Below, in pieces: positions 49,551 through 60,010 of a stretch of 64,000 nt of DNA. A program made the translations under genes and the position numbers. The stretch's first letter is position 1; each line of letters opens with the position of its first letter. The stretch comes from Candidatus Krumholzibacteriia bacterium (GTDB taxonomy: Bacteria; Krumholzibacteriota; Krumholzibacteriia; JAJRXK01): assembly GCA_041484665.1 (NCBI GenBank), contig JBGPIA010000003.1:250414-314413 (forward strand). The letters are read 5' to 3'. Under the pieces are notes generated by a model that saw nothing but the letters and a program-made list of their open reading frames with translations, was not told the DNA's origin and searched no databases.

Positions 49551-52500
49551 TCAGCGCGCTGGCGGTGCCAGTTGCAGCGGCCGGGCCGCGTCGGTCACTG
49601 CCCCGATCTTCACGGCGTAGCTGTTGCCGGCGGCGATGTCGGCATCGGTCACGAAGTGGACGTCGAGAAGCTCGTCGGTGCGGTAGCCCGTGCGCAGGTA
49701 ATTGAGCTCGCCCAGGCACTTGCTCCAGCCCAGAAGCCAGGCGCGCAGCACCTCCCGCTCCCTTGGCGGATCGGTCACATGGACGAGCAAGTCGATGTCG
49801 CTCTTGGGCGCGGCGGAGGCGTTCTTGGTGCTGCCGAACAGGTAGCAGCCCTTGATGCCGAAGCGCCCGACGTCCAGCGCGGCGGCGATCTGCTGCGCCA
49901 TGCGCAGGCGCCACCGCCAGTGATCGCTGGCGGCCGTTGGCAGGGGTTCCAGGGTCTCCGCCGCGGTAGCGGCGCCCGCTCCCGGCGGCGCCAGGAACGC
50001 CACCGCCTCGTCCAGCTCCGCATTCATGAGCACCCGCAGCACCTTGCCGTCGGTCGCCGCAGGAATGTCGACCACGTAGACCGCATGGCGCAGGTGGGCG
50101 AACTCGGGGAGGAGATCGGCGAGCAGATTCGGGGAGCGCGTGAGCAGCGGCTCGTTGAACTCGCACTGCGGGTCGTCGGGGTAGAGCGGCAGGTACCGGA
50201 TCTTCGACTCCACGAGGTCCTGGAAGAAGTGCGTACCGAACGAGACGTCGGGGACATAGTTGCCCTGCTTGCGGGCGATCTCCACCAACATGGCCGTGTT
50301 GTTGATGTCGGAGTAGGTGACGTTGACGCCGAGCCGGATGTCGCCCCGGCTTCCCCACCGTCCCGGGCCCATCAGGATGAACTGGCGTTTGGGCAGCAGC
50401 TTGTTCAGCCGACCGACCGCCCGGGCCACCGCCTGCAGCTCGCCGAGGCTCGAGAGCTCGCTGTACCCGCTGGGACTGACGTAGACGACATGGGTGACAT
50501 CGGGCATGCGCCCGTTGGACACGTAGCGGTTCGCCCGGAAAACCAGCCGATCGCGCGGGATATCCCGGGGGATGGGCGTCGGAGCGCTGGTATCGGAGTA
50601 GCTCTGCGGCCGGCACTGGAGCAGGTAGAGCTCCGTGCCGTCGCTGGCGAATTCGATGTCGACGGGCGTCTCCAGCTCGTCCTGCAGGATCTTGAGCATC
50701 GACTGCATGCGGGGAATGAACGGCGTGTCGGCAACCAACCCTTCGAAGGTCACGACCAGGTTGTTGTCCTGGCGATCGGGGCTGAACCCGATCGGCCGGT
50801 GGATCCGGTCCTGGTCGCACACCGAGACGACCTGATGCAGGCCAGGGTAGCGATCGCCCACCTCGCGCACGAGCTGCGCGAACGGGTGTGTCTCCATGGC
50901 ATTGGTGCTGCGGTTGATCACGTCGACGCTGCGGGGCGAGTAGCGCAGGACCTCGTCCGCCGTGACATTCACGCGCAGCGCCGCCTGCCCCGGAGCGATC
51001 AGCACCGGGTAGTCGTCGCCCAGGCGGTCGACGGCCCGCGTGCCCAGCCCTGGAACCAGGCGAAGCAGCCCGTCCTCTCGCCGGATGCGCGACGACCATC
51101 GGAACTCGTTGTTGCTGAACGCCACTCCGGCAAACGCCGGAAACCAGTAGGGCCCCACCTGCGAGCCCACCACCTCCTCGATCATCACGCCCATCTCCTC
51201 GTGGAGGTCGAGCAGGCCGCGCTCGGCCCGGTACTCGATGGGGTCGGGGTGGAAGATCGAGGCGTAGACCTCTGCGATGGCGTCCAGCAGTGCGGCGAGA
51301 CGTTCCTTCTTGCTGCCCTGATTACCCAGGAAGAGGCTCTTATACTTGCCCGCGAAGGCGGAGCCCATGCGGTCTTCGAGCAGGCTGGAGCTGCGCACGA
51401 TCAGCGGGCGGTTCTCGAAGTCGTCCAGGGCCGCCGACAGCCCGGTGACCAGCTCGGGCGGGAAGTGCGAATGCTTGAAGACCGCGACGATGTGGGGGTA
51501 CTCCTGCCGGATCCGAGCGCTCTCCATGTACTTCCAGTTGTAGACGTCCTCGAGGTTGTTGTAGCGGATGAACTCCAACAGAGCGTCCGACGCCACGTAC
51601 CAGGTCTTCGGCATCCGGATCGAGCCGGCGAGCTGCGGGTCCTTGGTCTGCTTGCGCAGGATCTGGTACGCCAGGAACAGGCCCGCGCTCTTGCCGCCGA
51701 GCTTGCCGTGGCTGCGCTGGGGCAGGACCAGATGCCGTACCAACTCGTAGTAGTCGGACAGCTCGATCTTCTGTTTGGCGATGTTGATGAAGTCCAGATC
51801 ATCGCTGAAGAAGCGCCGCGCGAGCGAAACGCGCATCCCCATCTGCACGGCCCGCGAGAGCTCCGTCTCGCGCATCTCGGAGGACCGGTGCCGCTCCACG
51901 GCCGCGGCGATGTCGGAAAGGGACGCATCCCGGTCCTCGAGCACATTCATGAGAAAGGACGCCTTGTCCTCCTTGATCCACTGCTGGATGTGCCCGATGA
52001 TCTCCTGGTCGCCCAGGTGCTGCGCCGCGATGCGAAACGTCTCCTCGGCGAGGCCCAGCAGCGCCGTGGCGTCCTCCCCGCCGGCGGTGAGGTCGCCCAG
52101 CCACGCACCGTTCTGCGCGGAACGGTCCGGCGAGAAACGGCCCAGCAGCTCCTGCGCCTCCTTCACGTCGTGCCAGCACAAGTGGTTGATCATCCGCCGT
52201 GACAGGCGCAGCAACAGGCTGCGATCGGCGCGCGCCAGGAAATCCAGGATCACCCACCACGCCCGCGCGCCGCTCTCGGCGAGCGCGTTGGTCCCGCCCC
52301 CCGACTCCTGGAACATGGCGTAGATGCGGCGCTCGATGAGGAGGTGGCCCAGCCGCTCGGCGATGGTGTCGATGAGCTTGCGCTCCTCTTTCAGGAACGG
52401 GCCCTCATCCGAGCGAGGCATCTCCTCCATGTAGCACACCTCCACGCTGCCGACGCGGGCGCCCTGCACTTGGATCGCGGCGGACTGCACCCATGGCGTC

Positions 52501-52733
52501 AGCTGGAAGCCCTCCGTGAAGTAGGCGCGTCCTTCCACCGTGATCCGCGCCCGGCAGACAGCCGGGTAGTGCCAGCCCGGCGGCAGCACGGCGACCACCG
52601 CCTGCAGGATCTCGGGGAGCGGCCGGTCGCGGTTCTGCACGAGCTCGTGGACGCGGTACAGGCAATGCAACTCCTTGGTCCGCTCCTGCAAGGAGGTGAG
52701 GATCTCGTTGATCGACCGCTCGGAAGCGTCCAT
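49551..52733 (-). CDS. PPDK_N (ATP-grasp) protein with an N-terminal GAF-like sensor and a C-terminal nucleotidyltransferase domain
   Basis: KLGGKSAGL, IVRSSSLLED, DIEFA, MGPGRWGS, SFGTHF; C-terminal YLFGST..SDIDL (Pol-beta NTase signature). Confidence 0.85.
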   Translation of the reverse strand: MDASERSINEILTSLQERTKELHCLYRVHELVQNRDRPLPEILQAVVAVLPPGWHYPAVCRARITVEGRAYFTEGFQLTPWVQSAAIQVQGARVGSVEVCYMEEMPRSDEGPFLKEERKLIDTIAERLGHLLIERRIYAMFQESGGGTNALAESGARAWWVILDFLARADRSLLLRLSRRMINHLCWHDVKEAQELLGRFSPDRSAQNGAWLGDLTAGGEDATALLGLAEETFRIAAQHLGDQEIIGHIQQWIKEDKASFLMNVLEDRDASLSDIAAAVERHRSSEMRETELSRAVQMGMRVSLARRFFSDDLDFINIAKQKIELSDYYELVRHLVLPQRSHGKLGGKSAGLFLAYQILRKQTKDPQLAGSIRMPKTWYVASDALLEFIRYNNLEDVYNWKYMESARIRQEYPHIVAVFKHSHFPPELVTGLSAALDDFENRPLIVRSSSLLEDRMGSAFAGKYKSLFLGNQGSKKERLAALLDAIAEVYASIFHPDPIEYRAERGLLDLHEEMGVMIEEVVGSQVGPYWFPAFAGVAFSNNEFRWSSRIRREDGLLRLVPGLGTRAVDRLGDDYPVLIAPGQAALRVNVTADEVLRYSPRSVDVINRSTNAMETHPFAQLVREVGDRYPGLHQVVSVCDQDRIHRPIGFSPDRQDNNLVVTFEGLVADTPFIPRMQSMLKILQDELETPVDIEFASDGTELYLLQCRPQSYSDTSAPTPIPRDIPRDRLVFRANRYVSNGRMPDVTHVVYVSPSGYSELSSLGELQAVARAVGRLNKLLPKRQFILMGPGRWGSRGDIRLGVNVTYSDINNTAMLVEIARKQGNYVPDVSFGTHFFQDLVESKIRYLPLYPDDPQCEFNEPLLTRSPNLLADLLPEFAHLRHAVYVVDIPAATDGKVLRVLMNAELDEAVAFLAPPGAGAATAAETLEPLPTAASDHWRWRLRMAQQIAAALDVGRFGIKGCYLFGSTKNASAAPKSDIDLLVHVTDPPREREVLRAWLLGWSKCLGELNYLRTGYRTDELLDVHFVTDADIAAGNSYAVKIGAVTDAARPLQLAPPAR

Positions 52734-52821
52734 GGTCGGCGACCTCGTCTTGCGGTGGCCTGCTCTGGCGGTCAGCGGGCGCCCGCCGCAGTGCGATGGC
52801 CGCGGCGGCGCCTGCGCGCGC

Positions 52822-54579
52822 TCAGCCGCGGCCCCTCCGGATCACACCGCGCCCGCTGCGCCCGTCCACCTTCACTGTGAGCGGAGCGGCCAGACGGACG
52901 TGGCGAACCTGCTCGGTCTCGCGCTCGGCCGGCTGGGCGTCGAGCCAGGCCCAGTCGATCCCATGCTCTCGCCCGTGCTTCACCCAGAAATAGCACACCC
53001 GGAAGCTGGAGAGGTTGTGGAAGAAATGCGAGCCCTGGCTCGCCTCCACGTCCATGTCGGGCAGCGTCGCCTCCACCACCGCCCGGGCGCCGGAGATCTG
53101 TCCCCACTGCACCGGGATCCCCAGCCATGGGTCGGAGCTGCCCCAACGCCCGAAGCCGATGAGCAGGTAGGGTCGCTCCTGATCGAGGAGCAGCTGGTTG
53201 AGGCCCTCCAGCTCGCGAGCGATCGCGGGTGTCAGGCGCGCCTCGAAGCGTTCGGGCCGCACGTAGACGATGTCCTTGATGGTGGCAATCACCCCGTTGC
53301 CCAGGGCCGTCTCCGAGGAGATCACCACGTCGTCCAAGGCGAGCTCGGCCGGATCGACCTCCACCGGCACGTCCGCGACCGCCAGCGGACGCACCTGCAG
53401 GAACCCGAAGCGGTGGCGCTCCCCTTCAGCACGCGCCGGATCCAGCGCAAACTCGATTTCCACAGGGTGGCCCAGCACCTCCTCGCTGATGGCGAGCAGC
53501 GCACGCACCAGGTCGTTCAGCGGCAGCGCGTCGTGGACGAGAATCGGCGCGAAGTTGACGACCCACACGCCGTCCACGCCGACGCCGGCAATCAGGCGGT
53601 CGGCCTGCGGATCGTACGTGGAGGCCACCAAGGCCAGCGTGCCATCCTCCCACGCCGTCTGAAGCTCGTGCCGCGCCAGATACTCCGTCTCGCGGACCGG
53701 ATCGTAGGCCGCAGGCTTGCCCATGTTCACGCACCAGAACTGCAGCTGCGTCTGCCGCAGCAGGTCGCGCGGGGATCCCGCCGGCGGACCCACCCCGGGC
53801 AGTGCCGGGGAGTAGAACCAGACCACGCCGCCGTCCACGATCGACTTTCCGAGGCCGAGCGCGAGGCTCACCACACCGTCCCGTGGGCGCGCCGGACGGA
53901 TGGGATAGTAGTTCCACGAGCGCGCGACGCCGGAGATGGCCGGATAGAAACGCTCGCCGTGTCTGGAGCCCACTACCTCCTGGACGATGACGGCCATTTT
54001 CTCCTGGACGATCGAGCGCCGGGAAGCCTGGACGTACGCCTTGGCCGCCCGGAAAAACGTGGATGCGTAGACGAACTTCACCGCCTCCACGAGTTTCTGG
54101 AAGCGGGCATCGATCGCGGGCTGGTTGTTAGGGATCATCTTGGTGGCGTAGACGCCCGCGAAGGGGTGCTCGAGGGCGTCCTCCAGCAGGCTGGAGGAGC
54201 GCAGCGCCAGCGGCGCGTGCATCCGGGCCACCAGCGCGCGCAGGTCGCCGACCAGCTCGGCGGGCAGCTCGCCCTTCTGGAACGCGTGGGCGATGCGGTC
54301 GTCGGGCTCATCCGAGAGCGCTGCGGACATCAGGCGGTTGCGCTGCAGGAACTCGTCGAAGTGGTCGGTGCCGATGACCGCCATGGTCGGCACGCGGACC
54401 TCGACATCCGACAGGCCGAAAGGGGCCAGGCGCGGGAGCAGCTCGTCCTTGATCGCCAACAGGCCGGCGGCCTTGCCGCCCAGCGCGCCCGTGCCAATGC
54501 GTGTGAACGCGAAGGGAGAATCGAGGAACCTGCGATCGAACTGCGGCAGATCCCCGCGCCCGGATGGTTGGACGGCCAT
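52822..54579 (-). CDS. Stand-alone PPDK_N (ATP-grasp) protein
   Basis: ALGGKAAGL, LRSSSLLED, EKMAVIVQ, VEIEFA, IGFGRWGS and SQGSHF. Confidence 0.85.
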   Translation of the reverse strand: MAVQPSGRGDLPQFDRRFLDSPFAFTRIGTGALGGKAAGLLAIKDELLPRLAPFGLSDVEVRVPTMAVIGTDHFDEFLQRNRLMSAALSDEPDDRIAHAFQKGELPAELVGDLRALVARMHAPLALRSSSLLEDALEHPFAGVYATKMIPNNQPAIDARFQKLVEAVKFVYASTFFRAAKAYVQASRRSIVQEKMAVIVQEVVGSRHGERFYPAISGVARSWNYYPIRPARPRDGVVSLALGLGKSIVDGGVVWFYSPALPGVGPPAGSPRDLLRQTQLQFWCVNMGKPAAYDPVRETEYLARHELQTAWEDGTLALVASTYDPQADRLIAGVGVDGVWVVNFAPILVHDALPLNDLVRALLAISEEVLGHPVEIEFALDPARAEGERHRFGFLQVRPLAVADVPVEVDPAELALDDVVISSETALGNGVIATIKDIVYVRPERFEARLTPAIARELEGLNQLLLDQERPYLLIGFGRWGSSDPWLGIPVQWGQISGARAVVEATLPDMDVEASQGSHFFHNLSSFRVCYFWVKHGREHGIDWAWLDAQPAERETEQVRHVRLAAPLTVKVDGRSGRGVIRRGRG

Positions 54580-54587
54580 CGCCGCCT

Positions 54588-55874
54588 CTAGACCCAGCCC
54601 CGGTCCTTGCAGGCCTGGGCGACGCGGCTGACGGCGATCACGTACGCCGCGTCGCGCATGTACAGGCCCTGTTTGCGGGCCAGCTCGCTTACGGCGATGA
54701 AGGCCGATGTCATCTTGAGGTCCAGCTTGCTCAAGACCTCGTCACGTTCCCAGAAGTAGTTCATATTGCTCTGGACCTGCTCGAAATAGCTGCAGGTCAC
54801 ACCGCCGGCATTCGCCAGCAGGTCGGGGAGCATGAAGATGCCGCGCTCCTTGATCGCCGCGTCCGCCTGCGGCGACGTGGGGCCGTTGGCCCCCTCGGCG
54901 ATCACGCGTACGCGCTTGCCGATCCGACCGGCGTTCTCGGCGGTGATCTGGTTCTCCAGCGCCGCGGGGATCAGGATCTCCACATCCTGCTCGATCCAGG
55001 CATCGCCCGGCAGCACGTCGTAGCCCATCTCGCGCGCCCGGCCCTTGTGGATCCCGCCGAATGCGTCGGTGATGGACAGGAGCGCATCGAGCTCGATCCC
55101 CGAAGGCTTGCGGAACGTGTAGGCTACCTGGTCCTGCTGATCCCAGCAGGCCACCGCAATCACCTTGCCACCGATCTGCTCGTAGAGCCGGATGGCGTAT
55201 TGGGCGACGTTACCGAAGCCCTGGACGCTGGCGCGCGTCTCCTTGGCGGCGATGCCCAGCTCCTTGAGCGCCTCGCGCAGCGTGAAGACCAGGCCGAAGC
55301 CCGTCGCCTCCTTGCGCCCCAGGGAGCCGCCGAGCCCCACCGGCTTGCCCGTGATGAAGCCGGGGAGACGGCCGCCGTGGATCGCCTCGAATTCGTCGAG
55401 CATCCACAGCATGTGCTGGGCGTTGGTCATCACGTCGGGAGCTGGGACATCGTTGACGGGACCCACATTGCGCGCGACCTGGCGGACCCACCCGCGGCAA
55501 ATCCGCTCCTGCTCGCGGTTGCTCAGATTGTGCGGGTCGCACACCACACCGCCCTTCGCTCCACCCAACGGGATGTCCACCACCGCGCACTTCCAGGTCA
55601 TCCACATGGCCAATGCCCGTACCGTGTCTGCGGTCTCCTGGGGATGAAACCGGATGCCCCCCTTGCACGGCCCGCGCGCATCGTTGTGTTGGATGCGAAA
55701 GCCCCGGAATACCTGCACGCTCCCGTCGTCCATGCGCACGGGGATGCCGAAGTGGTACTCGCGCAATGGCTCCCTCAGGAGCGCGCGCGTCGCGTCATCC
55801 AGATGCAGGCGATCCGCTACGCGGTCGAACTGGGCCTGGGCCATCTGGTAGGAGTTGTATGCTCTGTCCGCCAC
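54588..55874 (-). CDS. Glu/Leu/Phe/Val dehydrogenase (archaeal/Thermotoga-type GDH)
   Basis: GPCKGGIRFHP, GGAKGG, DVPAPDV, ITGKP..GGSLGR, QGFGNV, EGANGP and NAGGV; GTG start with a GAGGT RBS. Confidence 0.93.
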   Translation of the reverse strand: MADRAYNSYQMAQAQFDRVADRLHLDDATRALLREPLREYHFGIPVRMDDGSVQVFRGFRIQHNDARGPCKGGIRFHPQETADTVRALAMWMTWKCAVVDIPLGGAKGGVVCDPHNLSNREQERICRGWVRQVARNVGPVNDVPAPDVMTNAQHMLWMLDEFEAIHGGRLPGFITGKPVGLGGSLGRKEATGFGLVFTLREALKELGIAAKETRASVQGFGNVAQYAIRLYEQIGGKVIAVACWDQQDQVAYTFRKPSGIELDALLSITDAFGGIHKGRAREMGYDVLPGDAWIEQDVEILIPAALENQITAENAGRIGKRVRVIAEGANGPTSPQADAAIKERGIFMLPDLLANAGGVTCSYFEQVQSNMNYFWERDEVLSKLDLKMTSAFIAVSELARKQGLYMRDAAYVIAVSRVAQACKDRGWV

Positions 55875-56161
55875 GGCTCGCACCTCACCGACGTCACTAC
55901 CCAACGAGCAGCGGCGAAATGCACCGGCCCAGCCGCCTCGCTTCCCCAAACAAGCATATGGAAGGCGAGAACACAAGCCGGGCCCCCCACCGCTGGAGAG
56001 GGCGTCGGCGCCGCCCGCGCCGGGGCGGCGCGGTGGTCCCTTGGCGCGCGGCCGCCCCTCGCCCGCACTGTTCGGCGCCCTTGTGTCCGGCGCGAGCCGC
56101 GGCTAGCCTGCTGGCCAGCGCCCGGGGCGAAGGCCGCACGGGCACGCACGGGAGAGAAGCC

Positions 56162-57520
56162 TTGACCGACAGCCCTCGGCGCCATCCCTTCCCCATCGTC
56201 CTGCCGAGCGCCGCGCAGCGCGTGATCGCACGCTTGCGCGCTGCGGGGCACGAGGCGTACGCCGTCGGCGGCGCGGTGCGCGATGCGCTGCTGGGCAAGG
56301 CCGTCGAGGAGGTGGATGTCACCACCTCGGCCGCGCCTGACCAGGTGATGGGGTTGTTCCACCACTGTTTCTCCACGGGCTACGAGTTCGGTGTCGTGGG
56401 CGTGATCGAGGGCGGGCTCACCGTGGAGGTGGCCACCTTCCGGGAGGACATGCCGTACCTCGACGGCCGTCATCCCAGCGCGGTGCGTTTCGCCGATGTG
56501 GCCACCGACGCGCGGCGCCGTGACTTCACCGTCAACGGGCTCTACTACGATCCCATGAGCCAGGAGGTCCTCGACTTCACCAGCGGGCTCGACGATCTGC
56601 GCAAAGGCCTGCTGCGCGCCATCGGCGAGCCGCGCGAGCGCTTCGAAGAGGACCGGCTGAGATTGCTGCGCTGCGCACGCTTCGCGGCCCAGCTGGGGTT
56701 CTGCATCGAGGCGCGAACATGGGAGGCCCTCGTCACGCTCGCGCCGCGCATCGACGCCGTCAGCGCCGAGCGCGTGCGCGCCGAGCTGGACAAGTTGCTC
56801 ACTGGACCGCGCCCCGGCGTGGGGATGCGCGTACTGCTGTACAGCGGACTGCTGACGGCGCTGTTGCCGGAGGTCGAGGCCATGGTTGGCGTGGAGCAGC
56901 CCCCTGAGTTCCATCCCGAAGGTGACGTGTTCGTGCACACCTGCCTGGTGCTCGAGGCGCTGCAGCGCCGAGACAGCGTCCTGGCCTGGGCGGCATTGCT
57001 GCACGACGTGGGCAAGCCACCCACGTTTCGCGTCGCCGAGCGCATCCGCTTTGACGGCCACGTGGGCGAGGGCATGCGCATGGCCGAGGCGATCCTCACC
57101 CGACTGCGCCACGACCGGCACACCATCGAGCGGGTGGTCGAGCTGGTGCACCTGCACCTCAAATTCGCTGACCTGCGGGAGATGCGCCCCTCGACGCTCA
57201 AACGCTTCCTACGCCTCCCGCACTTCGCCGACCAATTGGAGCTCCACCGCGCCGACTGCCTCGGCAGCCACGGCCAGCTGGACCTGTACGAGTTCTGCCG
57301 CGCGAGGCTTTGCGAGTTGAAGGAGGAGCAGCTGCGCCCGCGGCCCCTGCTGACCGGGCACGACCTGATCGCGCTGGGCTATCCGCCCGGGCCCCTGTTC
57401 GCCGAGATCCTCGACGTGGTCGAGGAGCAGCAGCTCGATGGCGCGCTGTCGACGCGCGATCAAGCGATCGACTGGGTGGTGCAGCGCTGGCCGCTGTCGG
57501 GCGGGTCGGCGTTGGCTTGA
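56162..57520 (+). CDS. cca: CCA-adding tRNA nucleotidyltransferase with an HD domain
   Basis: VGGAVRD, EVATFR, RRDFTVN, EDRLRLLR, SAERV, HPEGDVFVH and LLHDVGK. Confidence 0.88.
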   Translation: MTDSPRRHPFPIVLPSAAQRVIARLRAAGHEAYAVGGAVRDALLGKAVEEVDVTTSAAPDQVMGLFHHCFSTGYEFGVVGVIEGGLTVEVATFREDMPYLDGRHPSAVRFADVATDARRRDFTVNGLYYDPMSQEVLDFTSGLDDLRKGLLRAIGEPRERFEEDRLRLLRCARFAAQLGFCIEARTWEALVTLAPRIDAVSAERVRAELDKLLTGPRPGVGMRVLLYSGLLTALLPEVEAMVGVEQPPEFHPEGDVFVHTCLVLEALQRRDSVLAWAALLHDVGKPPTFRVAERIRFDGHVGEGMRMAEAILTRLRHDRHTIERVVELVHLHLKFADLREMRPSTLKRFLRLPHFADQLELHRADCLGSHGQLDLYEFCRARLCELKEEQLRPRPLLTGHDLIALGYPPGPLFAEILDVVEEQQLDGALSTRDQAIDWVVQRWPLSGGSALA

Positions 57521-57532
57521 AAGATGCCGGAG

Positions 57533-58240
57533 TCACGCCGCGAGCAGCTGTCTTCCCACCTCGATCCCGCCTGCATGGCGAGCAAAGCCCCCACCCAGGA
57601 GATCACCGGCACGCTCGAGCCGCGCGCGCTCGCCATCACACGGCGCGAAGACGATGACCAGCACGCGCTGGGTCGACGCCTGGATGCGTGCGCGGAAGCT
57701 GTCGCTGGTCGGCGAGCCGAACGGCCCGGCGTCGTCCGCGACCGTCAGGCGGCCCTCCAGGTGGACGTCGCCCTTGCGGATCCCTTCATACGACTCGCCG
57801 GGCCGGCCGAGGCGCACGACGGCCTGCTCGCCGGCAAGCGCATCGCGATCGTACAGCCCCAGCGGTAGCAGCGTGGCCAGTGAGACTAGATTGCCCACGT
57901 CCACGACGTTGTCGACGTGGTAGAGGGGCAGTCCCTTGAGAGCACGCCGCAGCAGCGCCTCGTTGGAGGGGCGCGTCTTCGTGGGATCGACGCCAAAGCT
58001 CTGGTACAGCCGCCGCGCCTCGCCGACACCCGGTACGCTGCCGATGCTGTCGCCGGCGTGCCGGGCGGCGTAGCGCCCAGCGCAAGCCAGCAGCTCCTCG
58101 AAGGCCGACCGGCTGTCGGCGACCGCCACATCGTCGAACCACAAGGCGAGCGCGCGCACGCGCTCGCGCACGTCGTCACCGAGCGCGATGCGCGGCCTGG
58201 GCTGCGCTCGTCGCGCAGTGTGCGCTGCAGGGGTTGACAT
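57533..58240 (-). CDS. B3/B4 tRNA-binding/editing domain protein (PheT-related)
   Basis: GVDPTKTRPSNEALLRR, NVVDVGNLVSL and LGLYD. Confidence 0.85.
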   Translation of the reverse strand: MSTPAAHTARRAQPRPRIALGDDVRERVRALALWFDDVAVADSRSAFEELLACAGRYAARHAGDSIGSVPGVGEARRLYQSFGVDPTKTRPSNEALLRRALKGLPLYHVDNVVDVGNLVSLATLLPLGLYDRDALAGEQAVVRLGRPGESYEGIRKGDVHLEGRLTVADDAGPFGSPTSDSFRARIQASTQRVLVIVFAPCDGERARLERAGDLLGGGFARHAGGIEVGRQLLAA

Positions 58241-58483
58241 CTCGAGCACGAGCGCCAATCCTGTTTGAGGGAGCGCTGCGCTCCACCGAGGAGAAGGATC
58301 GCCCCGTGCGCGGCCCGCGTCAAGCGACCCGCAGGGGCGCAGGATCGACGCCTGGTTCAAAGCGGACCCGGGCCGACGAGCAGTCCCGGCCCGCACAGCA
58401 CTCGAAGGGGCGATGGCGCCCGCAGGGCGACGGCGCGCCGCGGGCGCCAGCGCCCGGTTGGCGACGGCGCCCGGTTCACGACA

Positions 58484-60001
58484 ATGATCGACTTCAGCGA
58501 CCGTCACGCGTTCAGCAGCGCCCGCGCCTTCCTGGCGCACTACCGGGGGGATCCCGCGGGTCTGCCCCGCGACGACTTCCGTCACATCGCAGATTATCTG
58601 CTGGCGCGCCAGCGCGGCGAGGAGGAGCTGCTGCTGGAGCTCAGCTCGTGGGAGGACCGCGAGTTGGAGGCGTTCTTGTCGGCGTGCTGGCGCAGCGGTG
58701 CGTACGAGGCGCTCAGCCTCGCCGGGTCGCTGCTGGGCCGGCGGGGCACCGTGGGGCTCACCCATTGGCTGGAGAGCGTGCTCGCCGACGAGGGCGGAGC
58801 GCGCTGGCTGGTGGACGTGCTGGCGGAAGTCTACGACGACGACAGCACGCGGTTGCTGATCCGCCTGCTCGACCATCCTGTCCTGTCGATCCGCCGCCGC
58901 GCAGGCGACGGGCTGTCCTCGCACCGGGGCACCCTCGACCTGCGCTCCTTCCTGCGGCATCTCGCATTCCCGCTGGTGAACAGCCTCTCCCATCCCGACC
59001 CGCTGGCGGCCGTGCGCGCGCTGCACCGCATCGCCGACCCAGCGCTGCCCCCGGATTTCGGCCGCGATGCGGCGCAGCGCGCCGAACGGATCCTGATCCA
59101 GTGCGTGCGCCACGAGCGGCGCAGCCCCGTGCGCGGCGACGCCGTGGCGGCCCTCGGCGAGCTCGGCAGTCGGCGCGCCGTGCACTGCCTGGTCGATCTG
59201 CTGGGGCGCGAGGAGCGTGGCCTGCACCGTGACGTGGTGATCGCGCTGCGCAAGATCCGACCCGAGAAGGCGGTGCTCGCGCTGCTGCAACTCCTGCAGA
59301 GCCCCGACCCGATGATCCGCGAGGAGGCCGCCAATGCCCTCGGTGAGATCGGCGACCGGCAGGCGATCAAGCGGCTGCGCGAGCTGCTGGAGGACCGCAA
59401 CCGCGACGTGCGCCAGGAGGCCGTGCTCGCGCTGGGCAAACTGGGCGGCGGCGACGTGCTGGAGACGCTGGAGGCCGCGCTCGCCGACTCCGACTCGCAG
59501 GTCCGGATGGCAGCATGCGCCGCCCTGGCGGAGAGCCTCGGGCCACTGGCGCAGGGCAGGCTGATCTCGGCGCTGTACGACGGGGCGCCCGAGGTGCGCA
59601 GCGAGGCGGCCTACCAGCTGGGGGATGTCGGCGACGAGCACGCCCGCGTCCACCTGCAGGGGCGCCTGGAGGACCGCGCGCGCGACGCCTTCGGCGATAC
59701 CGTGGCCAGCACGGCGCGGAAATCGCTCAACCGCATCGAGCTCGCGCTGCGCCAAACCGCAGGGCCACAGGACGAGTGCTGCGGGCAGGCACGAACCCGT
59801 GGGAAGGGCAAGGCGCGGGGCCAGGCCCGGGCTCAGGCGCCGGGAGAGGCCCGGGCAGGGGCTCGGGGGCAGGCCCAAGCGGATGCCCGATCCGACGCCC
59901 GGGGTCAGGCGCCGGGACCGGACCAGGACGCGGCGATGGACCCGGCGGACGGCGGCGCGCAGTGCTCGCCCTCGCCGGCGCAGGCGACGCGCAGCGCCTG
60001 A
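58484..60001 (+). CDS. HEAT-repeat protein
   Basis: Repeated VR..A..ALG.(I/L)G units and a low-complexity C-terminus. Confidence 0.8.
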   Translation: MIDFSDRHAFSSARAFLAHYRGDPAGLPRDDFRHIADYLLARQRGEEELLLELSSWEDRELEAFLSACWRSGAYEALSLAGSLLGRRGTVGLTHWLESVLADEGGARWLVDVLAEVYDDDSTRLLIRLLDHPVLSIRRRAGDGLSSHRGTLDLRSFLRHLAFPLVNSLSHPDPLAAVRALHRIADPALPPDFGRDAAQRAERILIQCVRHERRSPVRGDAVAALGELGSRRAVHCLVDLLGREERGLHRDVVIALRKIRPEKAVLALLQLLQSPDPMIREEAANALGEIGDRQAIKRLRELLEDRNRDVRQEAVLALGKLGGGDVLETLEAALADSDSQVRMAACAALAESLGPLAQGRLISALYDGAPEVRSEAAYQLGDVGDEHARVHLQGRLEDRARDAFGDTVASTARKSLNRIELALRQTAGPQDECCGQARTRGKGKARGQARAQAPGEARAGARGQAQADARSDARGQAPGPDQDAAMDPADGGAQCSPSPAQATRSA

Positions 60002-60010
60002 GCCGCGCTC

